Source: Eledone cirrhosa
Taxonomy: Eukaryota
Direction of reading: 5' to 3'
Length of the DNA: 64,000 nt
Assembly (NCBI GenBank): GCA_964016885.1
Contig: OZ024752.1
Location: 22,010,001-22,074,000, forward strand
The translations under genes and the position numbers were made by a program. Under the pieces are notes generated by a model. The model was not told the DNA's origin and did not search any database. It was given only the letters and a program-made list of their open reading frames with translations. This document shows positions 30,934 through 44,693 of this stretch, piece by piece (the first letter of the stretch is position 1; each line of letters begins with the position of its first letter).

Positions 30934-31949
30934 ACATACGTACATACACACGCACACAACAAAAAACACATGCACAAACACTCATATACACGTAAAAAAC
31001 ACATACACAAACGTAAGTGTATATACATATATATACGTAAAAGAAATCAAAGAACACCTACATACTCATACAATTTTTATTTGCTAACAATGTTTCATCC
31101 ATACCATTGGGCAGGATTCATCAGAGCTTTAAATATAAAATTACAATGCTGAGTATAGGCTCTACCGAGCTTCGTCACATGAACACTATAAATACAATAG
31201 AGGGCAACAAGAGGGAGATCGGAAATGACGAATATTGAGAGCGTGCATAGTGGGTTGTTATTCAGCACTACAGCTAAATGCATGGGTACAGGTAGATTTT
31301 TTCACAAGATGCAGAAGCACGTGAGGGCACACAAAAGCAAAAAGTATAAACAATAGTTAAAACATATAATAATAAAGTAAAAAGAAAATAATAATATAGA
31401 GGGATAAAAAAATGTTTAAAAAGAAAAAAGAAAAAGTTTTTTAAAGCACACAAAAAACAGAAGATATGCGTTAGTCACTATATATAACAGGTGATTTGGT
31501 TCTCCATAACTTAGAGTTATAAAAATACTAAAAGGCTCCCAAGGTACCTTCAGAAATCCCAATTGGGATTTTATTCCTCCCCATAGTATACATAATCAAG
31601 GTATACTAGTAGGTTACGAAATTATGTGGACCCTGGGTGCTATACCTGTATGTATACATGCACCAGATAAATAAATACAGGCCAAACACAAGCAAAGCAG
31701 GGTTATTGCATGATCAGGCTAAAGCAAAAGACATAACAAAAATGGTTAAGTCCCTAAAAAACACACATCTGGCGAGGAATCACAACATATTCATATCTAC
31801 CGAAGAGGTTATAAAGATAGTGGATTATCCGTAGATAAAATACATACAAGCACATACACACATATTTATATACATACACACATATATACACACACATATA
31901 TACATACACATATATATATATACACATATATACAAATACATACGCACGC

Positions 31950-31982
<33 letters not shown>

Positions 31983-32379
31983 TATATATATACACACACA
32001 CATACATATGTACACATACATATACATTTATTTATGTTTATATTATACTTATATATGGTTTTATGTATGTGTTTACGTTTATAGTTGTGTGTATGCGGTT
32101 GTATATAGGCCTTTGTTTTTGGTCTGTATTGTCTTGCGTATGGTTTTGTCTGCGTGTTTTCTTTACGTGCGAGTGCGCGCACGCATGTGGTTACGTTTGT
32201 ACGTAGGTCCTTTGCTCTTTTTGTAGGGTTTATGTGTGCGTTAGTATATTTTGTTGCATGCTTATTTTCATACGTGTGTATGTGTATGTGTATATGTATT
32301 TTTGCAGGCTTGTGTATGTGTATGTATGTTTATTTTATAATTTATATTTTTGTGTGTGTATATATATATATATATATTT

Positions 32380-33153
32380 CGTTTCTGAATTTTTTTAGCA
32401 AGATTCTTTATCTGAAAACGTGTGTTGACACCGGTATTGTTATGCTTTGGGAAGGTCATGTTGCCAATAAGAAACACACGCACCAGTTGCTTTCACTCCA
32501 ATTTATTATAAATAAAATTTATAAATTTAAGAATTTATAAATTTCCGGTTGGTTGGTTGGTTCCATAACCGGACGGTTGTTCATATATTGTCAAAGTTCT
32601 TTCGTCACACATTCTGTGACCTCTTCAGTGACTGGGGATTCTTTTCTTTGTTTTTGTGCCTCTCCTTTGTTCTGTCCTACGCCATCTTGTTTTTGTGTGT
32701 GCTGTGTGCTTAGTTTTCGCATGTGTTACATCCGGGTGTCTGTGTGTGTTTTTCTTTATTTATTTATTTGTTTATTTACATGTTACTGGTTGGTTGTTTG
32801 TTCTATGTGTGTGTGTGTTTTCATTTTGTCCTTAATTGTAAGTTGTGATGTTGCTATTCCATTCATGTTTTCTATTTAATTTTGGTTGGATTTCATTTAT
32901 GTTTATTGCCTCTGTGATTTGTCTAAATATTGCGTCTTTTCTGTGTGTAGAAAAAAAAAAGAATCTACGAGCTGTCTCACCTATGTGTACATAGGGGAGA
33001 CAGCTCGTAGTATAGGAGAACGGTTAAATGAACACTGGCGAGAACTTCAAGATAAAAAAAGAATCATCAATACTCCACCAACATGCTAAAATAGAACATA
33101 AGGGCAAATTAGAGAACATAGAAGTAAAAATAGAATCTACACACAGAAAAGAC
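32380..33153. mobile_element. Penelope-like 3' end with inversion: minus-strand terminus 32380-32950 plus GIY-YIG fragment 32968-33153 (+)
   Basis: YVYIGETARSIGERLNEH..SSILHQHAKIEH..ESTHRKD; the inverted part carries the EN C-terminus, 3' UTR and a hammerhead. Confidence 0.8.
32590..32632 (-). ncRNA. Hammerhead ribozyme (same as 39539-39581 and 40189-40231)
   Basis: Minus strand: GTCA-CTGAAGA-G-GTCACA(GAATG)TGTGAC-GAAA-GAAC-TT-TGAC. Confidence 0.7.
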
Positions 33154-33308
33154 GTTTTATACACGTTTTCCTACGTACCCTCTCAATTATATGTAGTTTG
33201 TCATGTTACTACTTATGGTATATAAATATTGAGTTTTGTCATAAATAATCACTGCCAAAACTGGAATTGAACCATCAGCACAGTTCAGGTATGTCAGACA
33301 TCAATTTA

Positions 33309-33370
33309 TTTTATCTGATGAGGACGTACTGATGAAACAGCTCAGTACCTCTGAAATATATATAATAAAA
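33309..33370 (+). ncRNA. Hammerhead ribozyme candidate with extended stem II
   Basis: TTTTAT-CTGATGA-GGAC-GTACTGA..TCAGTAC-CTCT-GAAA-TATATA-TA-ATAAAA. Confidence 0.55.
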
Positions 33371-33479
33371 TATATTTGATCACATGAATGTCTATATTTA
33401 TTAATATTTTGAAGTAATATATATATATATATATTCATATGTAACCCATTTGCAACTCCGCAGCACGTTTATTCTCATA

Positions 33480-34161
33480 CTAGCAGTAAAGCCCGGCGTT
33501 GCTCGGGGTCGCTCAGTAGCTGTGTTAAAGTTACAATGTTAAGTTTCTTTTTTGGCTTAAAAACTGTAGTGTCTACTGTGCAAACTTGCATATGGTATTT
33601 TTGATTAATATTCCCTCAACCAACAATATGAAGTTAAGAAAACATAACGATAACCCAAATGTTATAACAAAAGAGGAAATATTTGCTTGTTTTACGTAGT
33701 CTTTAAATAGACTTGTTTTCAAGTAAAAATATTGTTTTAAAAGGCTTTTAAATGGAAATGAAGCAAAACGGAAGCTTAGTGTTCGAACTGATGAATTTTG
33801 CAGGTCAAAATTTTGCTGGCTCGACAACTGTTCGTGTATTGTGTTAATGTCATTTTAAACGCTGAGAAAGCCAGCGTAATTTTTTTAATTTTTGCACGCA
33901 GAAAATGTAAACAGAACGTAAGACGCTCAATGTAAACAGAACAAAGGGAAATAACTCGTCACTTACGCTCAAAAATCGATACATTAGATTCGATTTCGTC
34001 ACATAGGGTGGGTCAATTTGAAATATTTTTTTTCCGATGTCTTCGCTAGGGCTCAATGTACAAGTATAGCAATTTCGGTGCAATTCCGTCAGAGATTCTA
34101 AGAGGAGATGTGTGCCAAAAATCGATAGACAGACAGACAACCACAGCTTTATATATATAGA
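33480..34161 (-). mobile_element. Non-autonomous Helitron (~680 bp)
   Basis: Minus strand begins A|TCTATATATATAAAG and ends CCCGAGCAACGCCGGG hairpin + CTTTACTG + CTAG|T; inserted between A and T with no TSD. Confidence 0.75.
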
Positions 34162-34562
34162 TTTACACATATTTTTTTCCCCCACTGTGACCCATCTATT
34201 TCGTTCTTACTGCTTCCTCTTTCTCTGTATCTTTATCCTCTCTAACAGTCACTCTCTCTGTTAGCCTCTTCCTCACCCTTCACTCACTCACTCTCTGTGA
34301 CTACCTCTCCTCCTCCTCCTTCCACCCCCCCCCCCTCTTATCGTTGTCAACGCGTATCCTCTGTCTATTTTATTTTATTTTTGACTTTGAATATTGTTTG
34401 TTCTTATTCATTTATTCTTATTACTTCATGTATATGTATGTGTATGTATTTTGTCCATGTCGGTTGATACATATACACTTATGTGACAGCATGTGTATGT
34501 ACTTTTTAGTATATGCGCGTGATTGAGTGTGTGTATGTTTGTTTATTTATTTATTTTATATA

Positions 34563-34634
<72 letters not shown>

Positions 34635-35050
34635 CCTTTTTTCCCTTCTTTGCCCGTTGTTCCCTCAGCCTCACCTTCATATTTCTTATATTTTGTTTTC
34701 AAATCCATATTTAATAAAAACACCATGTTTTATTCATTCTGACGACTGAAAACAGATATATCTGCTTTCAAGAAACCACTGGTAAATGAAATAATTATCT
34801 TATGTTATTTATTACATAAATAATCAGCTCTGTAACCTACATAGAGCACTCTTTTTTCCTGTACCTTTCCAACGGAATTACTTCATTTACACATATTCAC
34901 ACACACACGCACGCATATATATATATATATGTGTGTGTATATATATATATATATATATGATGAGAGCGTTCTAAAGTTTTGGTACCCTTGAAATATATAT
35001 AATAGAATAAATATGGTTTTATAAATATAGTTTCCATTTATTAATATCAT

Positions 35051-35084
<34 letters not shown>

Positions 35085-35249
35085 TAGGAGGTGAGTTTTA
35101 TTGTAGCACAATAAAGCAATGCAAATATCGGATAAGTAGCACTCAACAGTTTATAGGACTGGAGTATAAATAATATAAAATCAAAAGATGGTTGATTTAA
35201 CACTTCACTGCTCGCAAGTGTTTTTTAAGCTTCATATCATGTCTCCCTA

Positions 35250-35316
35250 TTTTATCTGATGAGAACGCAAATATCATCCCATGATGATATTTGTTTTTGA
35301 AATGCGCATAATAAAA
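35250..35316 (+). ncRNA. Hammerhead ribozyme with long stem II (copies 39294-39360 +; deleted copy 39077-39135 -)
   Basis: TTTTAT-CTGATGA-GAAC-GCAAATATCATC(CCAT)GATGATATTTGT-TTTT-GAAA-TGCGCA-TA-ATAAAA. Confidence 0.7.
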
Positions 35317-35649
35317 TACATGGAACTCTTTTAACCATCTTTTGATTTTATTACTGCTTTCACCCTAAGCGGGATCTTCTGAAACACACACAAGTGTATG
35401 CTTGCATCTCTATGCAATTACAAGTGTGTATATGTATACATGTGTAATTATCTATCTAGCCATCCATCTATCTATCTGTTTGTTTATCTGTCTATCTATC
35501 TATTATCATTATCGTGACCATCATTGTTTTACCATTCACTTTTCCATGCTTGCATGGGTCAGACGGGTCCTATCTATCTATCTAACAACCTATTTCCCAA
35601 TCGATGTTTGTACACGCACACATACATACACTCAGACACTGACACACAC

Positions 35650-36275
35650 ATGATGGCTGCCCCCTCGTTATCAAGTATGGCCATTGTACGATATACCATT
35701 ATTAATAATTATCAATTAATACTATCATGCAATGCCTGTGCGTGAAGACATTTTTTAAAGTGAGGAAAGACTGTGCACTGAGCCAATCCCACTCTCTGAG
35801 CGACAGTTGCTATAACCCGGAAAGAAGAAAAGATCAACATCATCGGTAACTATTGAGCTGCAGGTTTTATGTCAGAGTTATCCCAGTTTCCTGAATTGCC
35901 TTCTCCTAGAAGAATTCCCTGACAAAGGCTAGAGGTCCTTCACTCCCAGTGGTTTAACTGCGCAATCGGGTGTCCAGCCCGATTATTTATATTTCCCTGT
36001 GTATATACATACACATGTATACATGTATATACATATATACATATACACATATATACACATGCATGTATATACATATTTACACATTTTTGGATGACCGTTG
36101 ACTCTTATGAGTTCTTCTGCCCTTTGTCAAGTTTGGTTTTTTGTCCCACAGGATGTCCAAAATCACCCTCCTCACCAAGTAAACTTGGTGGGGTTGTCAG
36201 TTTAGTCGCAGACGACCGAACCATGCAACATGTTGTACTGGGTTACATGTTACCAGTGGCACTCAAGAGTGACCC
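35650..36275. mobile_element. Diverged inverted copy of the 8044-8652 repeat, interrupted by a microsatellite
   Basis: Matches such as GGATGTCCAAAATCACCCTCCTCACCAAG and GCAATGCCTGTGC..GAAG. Confidence 0.7.
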
Positions 36276-36496
36276 AACATACACACATACATACATATGT
36301 GTCAAGCCATTTAGCTACCAAGTGGCAGGTGAAATTGCTGTGGTTAAGTTTCTTCAGTCCAAACATTCATAGGTTAACGAGTGCTTATTAAGAAGTTTGC
36401 TTCTCAACCACTAGGTCTCATGTTTGATGCCACTGCATGGAATCTTAGGCAGGTGTCATGTTTTGTGAGTGAAATTGAAATTAGTAAAAGTGTGTG

Positions 36497-36705
36497 GTAC
36501 CCTAGCATGGCCACACTCAAACGACTGAAACCAGTAAAAGACTCCAGTGCCCCAGCATGGCCACTGTCTAATGACCGAAACGAGTAAAAGAGTGTGGTGC
36601 CCCAGCATGACCGCAATCTAATGACTGAAACAAGTAAAAGAGTGTGGTGCCCCAGCATGGCCACAGTCTAATGAAACCAGTAACAGATCCTAGTGCTCCA
36701 GCATG
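36497..36705 (+). repeat. ~50-bp tandem repeats of a SINE 3' tail (GTGCCCCAGCATGGCCACAGTCTAATGACTGAAAC)
   Basis: 4-5 imperfect copies following a tRNA-like head at ~36380-36450. Confidence 0.6.
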
Positions 36706-39404
36706 GCAACATTGTAACATAATAAAGAATAAAGGACTAAAACATGTTAGACATGTTGAACATATTAGACATGTTGAAATATGTTCAACTGAAAAACTAA
36801 GTAAATTGTAGGAAAAAACAGTCTGTTGTGACAGGTAGGTGTACATACACAAACAATAAAGACAGCAGTGTGTGTGTCAGTGTGTATATGTCTATGTATG
36901 TGTATATATGTGTGCATGTGTGTGTGTATGTATGCATGTGTGCATAAATGTGTATGTGTAAGTGCATATGTATATGTGAGAGTGTGTATATGTATGTGTG
37001 TGTATGTGTATGAGTGAGTCTGTATATGTGTGTGAGTGTGTCTGTGCGCATGTGTGTATATGTATGTGTGTGTGTGTGTATATATGAGAGAGGCAGTGAT
37101 ATTTCAATCATCCAGTAAACTGCTGTCAAGAAGTTTATTGTTACAGTAAATCTGTTGCAGACATATTGTAGCTTATTGTTCTATTGAAGTGTTCCACTGA
37201 AGAAGAAAACTATAACTGCGACTCTATGTTGGTGGTTTGTTGTGATGATTCTGAACAATGAGGCTTGTCACGTCCTACTTGATGCCTTAACACACTGCTG
37301 GTGCAGCTATGTAAACTCGTTATCTTTTATAAATTCAGTAGAACACACTGCATAAAATCTAAGGAATTTGTTGCTATTACCAGCAAATGTGTTGTTTGTT
37401 TAATTTTTGCAGTTGTTATTGTTTTTTAAATGCTAGATTCTTCGAGAAGATGCTTAGAAAAGATTTCTGTATAAGGAATCTAATTACCATGGTAACAGAT
37501 TCATTTAACCTTTTCATTAAGCTGAAAGGATTCTTCTGACATATCACAGACTTGATGACTTCTCTGCATTGTGCCATTGCACAATCAAATCCATCCATTA
37601 CACTCTGTAAAGTGGTTGACATTAGGAAGGGCATCCAACTGGTGAAATCATACCCAAACTGAAGCTTCTGTAGGCAGGAGGTTAGCCTCTGACTCCTCTA
37701 TGGGGGAGTAAGTCTGAATAAGCACTGATTTGGACTGAGACGACCCACGCTAGCCTAGAAAAATGGTTGTTAAATGATGATGATGGTGATGATGATGGCA
37801 ATGATGATGATGATGATGACAATGGTGACGATGATGACAATGATGATGATGGTGATGATTACCATATTTCTAATGAAAGACTGCCTATGGATTTCAAATC
37901 TTTAAGAAAATTACAAAGAATTTGGAAGTTCAATTGATTAACATTTTCATTACTAAACATGTGGAAGGCAATGGATTGGTAGAATTGGTAGAACATCAAA
38001 CAACATGCTTTGCAGCATTGAGTTATGTCTTTACATTGTGAGTTCAAGTCCCTCATGGGGTCAATAAAATAAAGTACCAGTAATGCCCTTGGGTCGATTT
38101 AATCAACTTCCCTTACCCCAAACGGGATGAAGGCAGATGATATAGATTCAAAGGGTCAGAGCCCGACAGAAAGAGAATTTGCTTTGAAATCACTAGACGT
38201 ATCCGAGGAACTTGCGATTCTAGAGTCAGGTTCGATCCACAAACAGATCGCACCTCGAGCTGTTCGCCGGAGAAACAATTGGAATACGTAATAAATTGTG
38301 TTCCGATGCATCACTGATTCTTCGTTTTCCATTACCTCCACCTGCATATTAACTCTCTAAAAAGGGAAATCATATCAAACCCCAGACTACCATTTGCCTC
38401 CATCATGGATCAACTAAGCACTCTTGCCATAATAACACATTTTGAACTGCTTATCCTCAAGATCTATGCCTGTAAATAATATTATTTTTTCTTTCCCATT
38501 ACCTTATCATGTTCCACATTACCCCCTTTTTTTTCTTTTTTCTTTTCACTTCAAAAACCTTGTTTGTAAATAACATTATTCTTTCTTCCCCATTTCCTTA
38601 ACATGTTCAACATCACCAACATTTTACACCAATACACATCCCCCCCTTTGATAATGCATAAAAGGATGAAACCGGTAATAGACAATTATTAAATATATAA
38701 ATAAATAAATAAATGCCATTGTTAATTAATAAATAAATTAACAAATACCTTAACACTTCACACAAAGTAAAATATTTTGTTTTAAACATTTTCTAACCCA
38801 GAAAAAAGAGAAAAAAATAAAAGGAAAAAAAAAAATTGTTCTTCCTAATAATCGTCTTTTTCTATCTGTTTTCATATATATATATATATTCCAACTTGTG
38901 TGCTCCTTCTCCACATTTTATAATTATTATATACATATGTATATATATATGTAGGAGGTGAGTTTTATTGTAGCACAATAAAGCAATGCAAATATCGGAT
39001 AAGTAGTACTCAACAGTTTATAGGACGGGAGTATAAATAATAAAAGATCAAAGGATGGTTAAAAGAGTTCCATGTATTTTATTATGCGCATTTCAAAAAC
39101 AAATGGGATGATATTTGCGTTCTCATCAGATAAAATAGGGAGACATGATATGAAGCTTAAAAAACACTAGCGAGCAGTGAAGTGTTAATTCTACATATGT
39201 AGATTGCGAGCAGTGAAGTGTTATATCTGCATATGTAGGTTTAACACTTCACTGCTCGCAAGTGTTTTTTAAGCTTCATATCATGTCTCCCTATTTTATC
39301 TGATGAGAACGCAAATATCACCCCATGATGATATTTGTTTTTGAAATGCGCATAATAAAATACATGAACTCTTTTAACCACCTTTTGATATTATATACAT
39401 ATAT

Positions 39405-40460
39405 ATTGTTATGCTTTGGGAGGGTCATGTTGCCAATAAGAAACACACGCACCAGTTGCTTTCACTCCAATTTATTATAAATTAAATTTATAAATTTCCG
39501 GTTGGTTGGTTCCATAACCAGACGTTTGTTCATATATTGTCAAAGTTCTTTCGTCACACATTCTGTGACCTCTTCAGTGACTGGGGATTCTTTTCTTTGT
39601 TCTGTCCTACGCCATCTTGTTTTTGTTTGCGCATGTGTTACATCCGGGTGTCTGTGTGTGTTTTTATTTGTTTATTTACATGTTACTGGTTGGTTGTTTG
39701 TTCTATGTGTGTGTGTGTTTTCATTTTGTCCTTAATTGTAAGTTGTGATGTTGTTATTCCATTCATCTTTTCTATTTAATTTTGGTTGGAGTTCATTTAT
39801 GTTTATTGCCTCTGTGATTTGTCTAAACATTGCGTCTTTTCTGTGTTTAGAAAAAAAAAAAAAAAAAGAATCTACACACAGAAAAGACGCAATGTTTAGA
39901 CAAATCACAGAGGCAATAAACATAAATGAACTCCAATCAAAATTAAATAGAAAACATGAATGGAATAGCAACATCACAACTTACAATTAAGGACAAAATG
40001 AAAACACACACACACATAGAACAAACAACTAACCAGTAACATGTAAATAAACAAATAAATAAAGAAAGAAAAACACACACAGGCACCCGGATGTAACACA
40101 TGCGCAAACTAAGCACACAGCACACACAAAAACAAGATGGTGTAGGACAGAACAAAGGAGAGGCACAAAACAAAGAAAAGAATCCCCAGTCACTGAAGAG
40201 GTCACAGAATGTGTGACGAAAGAACTTTGACAATATATGAACAACCGTCCGGTTATGGAACCAACCAACCAACCGGAAATTTATAAATTCTTAAATTTAT
40301 GAATTCTTAAATTTATAAATTTTATTTATAATAAATTGGAGTGAAAGCAACTGGTGCATGTGTTTCTTATTGGCAACATGACCCTCCCAAAGCATAACAA
40401 TATCGGTGTCAACACACGTTTTCAGATAAAGAATCTTGCTAAACAAATTCAGAAACGAAA
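39405..40460. mobile_element. ~1-kb palindromic Penelope 3' end (arms 39405-39850 / 39873-40402) around a poly(A) centre
   Basis: Both strands translate to HRKDAMFRQITEAININELQ.KLNRK.EWN (GIY-YIG C-terminus); a hammerhead in each arm. Confidence 0.85.
40189..40231 (+). ncRNA. Hammerhead ribozyme in the Penelope 3' terminal repeat
   Basis: GTCA-CTGAAGA-G-GTCACA(GAATG)TGTGAC-GAAA-GAAC-TT-TGAC, sense to the EN fragment. Confidence 0.7.
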
Positions 40461-41260
40461 TATATATATTTATATACTTATATATACAAAAATCAGATAA
40501 AAATCAATTGAAATATATATATAAAATAAACATATCAAATATTGCCAGGGGAAAATGTGTACAGAGTGTACACATAGTTACGGAGGTAAGATAACATTGA
40601 GAACTTTGAATATAGATACCTTGCCTATTCACGTCCCTGGGATGATGTGTATTTTTCCAAACCACATTTGCTTTTCATCGTTATTCCTTGATTTGTTCTT
40701 AGGGTGAGACCATAGATAGTTTCAGATCCTCTCTTTTGCTGACCATCCAAGATATGACATCTATGATTCACATATTAATGGTGAAATATATTTCTTTAAT
40801 GGAATATATACAAAGGAGATTAATCATTATTGCAAGGTATCTATATTCAAAGTTCTCGTTAAATTTTATATCTTACCTCCGAAACTATGTGTGTTTACAC
40901 TCTTTACACATTTTCCCCTGGCAATGTTTGATATGTTTGATATTTTACATGTATATTCCAATCGACTTTTAATTTCATTTTTAATAAATGCTCGGATTTG
41001 TTTCTTAGAATCTTTGAGCTTCTACAGGTGGTATGGTGCATGTTTCTGATATTCTCAGACATGACATCTTTAATTTTGTTAGTACTTATATATATATATA
41101 TATATATATAAGGGTTAAAATACTGGAGTGTGTTAGAGTTAAACACCCTCTTCGTATTATAGAAATGACAGTAAAAGGTATAGCTCAATGTAGTTAAACA
41201 GAGCCGAAAAATTAAGAGAGTAAAACAAAGAAGCCTTCAATACATCAACAGTCTTTATTA

Positions 41261-41298
41261 GCCGACAATGTTTCGTCCTATTAAGGACTCATCAGGGC
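41261..41298 (-). ncRNA. Canonical type I hammerhead ribozyme (inverted twin of 42296-42333)
   Basis: Reverse complement of GCC-CTGATGA-GTCCT(TAAT)AGGAC-GAAA-CATTG-TC-GGC. Confidence 0.85.
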
Positions 41299-42295
41299 AA
41301 TTAAAACAACAAGAAGTAATATCGGCAGATACAAGCCGGAAGCTCCGAAGAATATGGAGTGTACATACACTGAAGTATTACAAAAATATATAATAAAAAT
41401 ATATGATAAAAATTACTAAGGATGTATATAACACTAAGAACCATATTACAAATATAGTCCAAAGCAAAAACTAGAGCTAAACAAAGGTGGTTATATAGAG
41501 CAGGAATTATATATAATACAATATAATATACTATAATATACCTTTACCAACATTAAAATTACAATAAAAATCAAAAGATACAATATGCATATGTATATAT
41601 GTGCGCACACGTACACACACACATACACATACAACAATACACACATCCATCCTCAACTGCACAAATTAAACCTTATTAAGAATTTGAATATAAAAATAAG
41701 CATGATAGGAATGAAAATAATAATAATAATAATAATACTAATACATCTACCCAATATACATGAGGTAATAATATGATATAATTATAAGTAGTACATAGGT
41801 AATAATATGATATAATTATAAGTAGCACATATAATAATGAATAATACAATTATATACTATATAATACAATATAATAGAATAGATAATCTCCGGTTAATTT
41901 ACACAAACAATATAGATGTCACAATAATAATATAATAATAATATTTACAATATACAATATACTAACATTCTAAATGTACTCAAGTTAACAAGTCAATTCA
42001 TACTGGGTTATAGAGTAGGTGAGGAAAAATAAAATGTACAATACCTCAAAAAAATTTTGATGATACAGAAGTACAAACATCTTACAAGATATATAAGGTT
42101 TAACATATCATAATGTTACATATAATTAACGGTAAATAATAAGGATCAATATTACAATAAAAAATACAATATAATATAATATATTATATAAAATAAAATT
42201 AATACAATATAATATATAATTACTTATAATTACTTACCATATTCTTCTGAGCTTCCGGCTTGTATCTGCTGATATTACTTCTTGTTGTTTTAATT

Positions 42296-42333
42296 GCCCT
42301 GATGAGTCCTTAATAGGACGAAACATTGTCGGC
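42296..42333 (+). ncRNA. Canonical type I hammerhead ribozyme
   Basis: GCC-CTGATGA-GTCCT(TAAT)AGGAC-GAAA-CATTG-TC-GGC; GUC cleavage triplet. Confidence 0.85.
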
Positions 42334-42601
42334 TAATAAAGACTTTTGATGTATTGAAGGCTTCTTTGTTTTACTCTCTTAATATATATATATATATATA
42401 TGTCCATGCTGTAATGTGGCCGTGTAGGCAACACGGTAAAAACCTCCCAGCCCCACACTGTAAATGTGGTTGGTGTTAGGAAGGGCATCCAACTGTAGAA
42501 AACCCGCCAGACAGTCCTATGCGAGCAAGACAACCACTCTTGCCTCAAGTGGGAAAACCCCCGTCCAAACCCATGCAAGCGTGGAACACGGACGCTAAAC
42601 C

Positions 42602-42633
<32 letters not shown>

Positions 42634-44046
42634 ATATATATATATATATATTTCTAAATATATTTACTTATAAATGAATATATATATTTAAAGACTTATA
42701 TGTTTATATAAGTACTCATTGTGTGAAGTTGGCGTTAGGAAGGACATCCAGCTGTAGAAACCAAGCCAAAATCAGTTCTGTATGAGCGACCTACCATTGC
42801 CCACAACAAGACAACTCGTCTAACCCATTCTAGCGTGGAAAAATAGACATAAAATGGTGGTGCTGATATATATATATATATATATATATATTGTTATACT
42901 TGGGGAGGGTCATATTGTTGTAATAATATTGCCAGAAATAATAACAGAACACACTCACTGTTTGGTTGGTTTTCGCTTCTGTATCTTTTATATCTCCATA
43001 GTTAATTTATTTGGCAATCAATGTTTATCATTGACTGGCCAACGGTTAAAAATACAGATATAAATATATATATATAGTCTAACAAAGTTCTTTCGTTGCA
43101 CATCTGCAACATCATCAGTGGTACTGTTATCATGTTCCCTCCATTGTAATGTTTACGCCATTTTTATTTTATTTATTTATTTATTTATTTTTAACCGTTG
43201 GTCAGTCAATGATAAACATTGATTGCCAAATAAATTAACTATGGAGATATAAAAGATACAGAAGCGAAAACTATCCAAACAGTAAGTGTGTTCTGTTATT
43301 ATTTCTGGCAATATTATTACAACAATATGACCCTCCCCAAGTATAACAATATTTGTTTCGACACACAATTTCATATCAAAAACCTTGCAAAACAAATTCA
43401 TATATATATATATATACAAGTGGAAGCTTAGTAAAATCGAAGCTTTGGCTGTGGCCAAGTAAAGCCACCTACAATTAGGAATGAGTAGCAAAGCATTCAA
43501 TAAGGTCGGTCCTTAGAGTAATAACATAGTTTAGACAGCTTGACAAACTGAAAATTGCGGCAGGTAAACCTAGCCATGCAATACCAAAACAACGAAATCA
43601 GGTTAGACTAATCAGGTTAGACAACAGACCTGGACAAATTGAACGATATTCTGCAATACGTCCGATATGTTTCTATGAAACCGAAATCATCAATCCAACT
43701 TACGTAATATGTAAGCTTGTGGTATTCTATGATCGAACAGGGGATTCACGTCATCGACAGGTATTTTGTTCTATACCTCAAGCTGGTGAGGATTGCAATG
43801 CTGGATGACTGCTACAATAGGCAGCATTCACTGTTTCCTTGTCACGTGTTATTTCCAACAAGGGAAGTAACCCCCGGTTTTTGGCGGGCAAATTCAAAGT
43901 GTGAACACAGGAAAATAATTCCGCTCCACATTCCGAATGAAAAGCTCTCGACTAGACGTTTTTAAACAAACATAAATAATATATATATATATATATATTA
44001 TAAAATAACAGGAGGCTGGATTATATTCCTTTGTTAAATTTTGAAG

Positions 44047-44100
44047 ACCTGATGATGTCACCGGATTCATACTGAACCCGGTCATTGAAATGTTCATAGT
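44047..44100 (+). ncRNA. Degenerate hammerhead candidate inside a 24-bp inverted repeat (43997-44020 / 44129-44152)
   Basis: CTGATGA-TG..ACCGG..CCGGT-CATT-GAAA-TGTTCA-TA; stem I is only 2 bp. Confidence 0.45.
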
Positions 44101-44693
44101 ATAATAAACCTTTAAGGAATTACACCAGTCCAGCCTCCTGTTATTTTATAATAATTAACTCCGTACTTGCACCACCAACAACACAAACGAAGACAGGTGA
44201 GTTACATTACGTCGAGTGCTCTCCCTAATATTACATCGAGGTTGACCATACGGAATGACCAGTTCTATCCAGTGGTGAACCAACAAACCTAAATGTATAT
44301 ATATATAGAGAGAGAGCGGGGGATAGCTTCTACAGGAACTGTTTCATTTGAATGAAACACTTCACACTTCTAGTCCTGTAGAAGCCATTTCTATATTAAA
44401 TTTGGCGTTTACACTCTACTAATGTATTGAGTACCTTACTTACTGTGGTTACCTCCGATTGAACCCGGGACTTATATATATATATATATACTTCATCTTG
44501 AATTTTAGCTATTTTATTCAATTCCAGTTACTTCCCTTGCATCATTTATTTTTGTTTATGAAATTCACAACTGACCTTTGAAACGTTTTCTGATAAAGCC
44601 GCAAACATTGACATATTTGGGGACATATTTGTTGGGTGTGGTCATATTTACTATTTCGTACGTTCGCCGTTTTGTGTCACATAAGTGTTGACC

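Noticed and set aside
43400-43960. CpG-richer stretch with CACGTG/CACGTCA motifs as the GCKR promoter
   Set aside because: Short motifs occur by chance and there is no TSS evidence.
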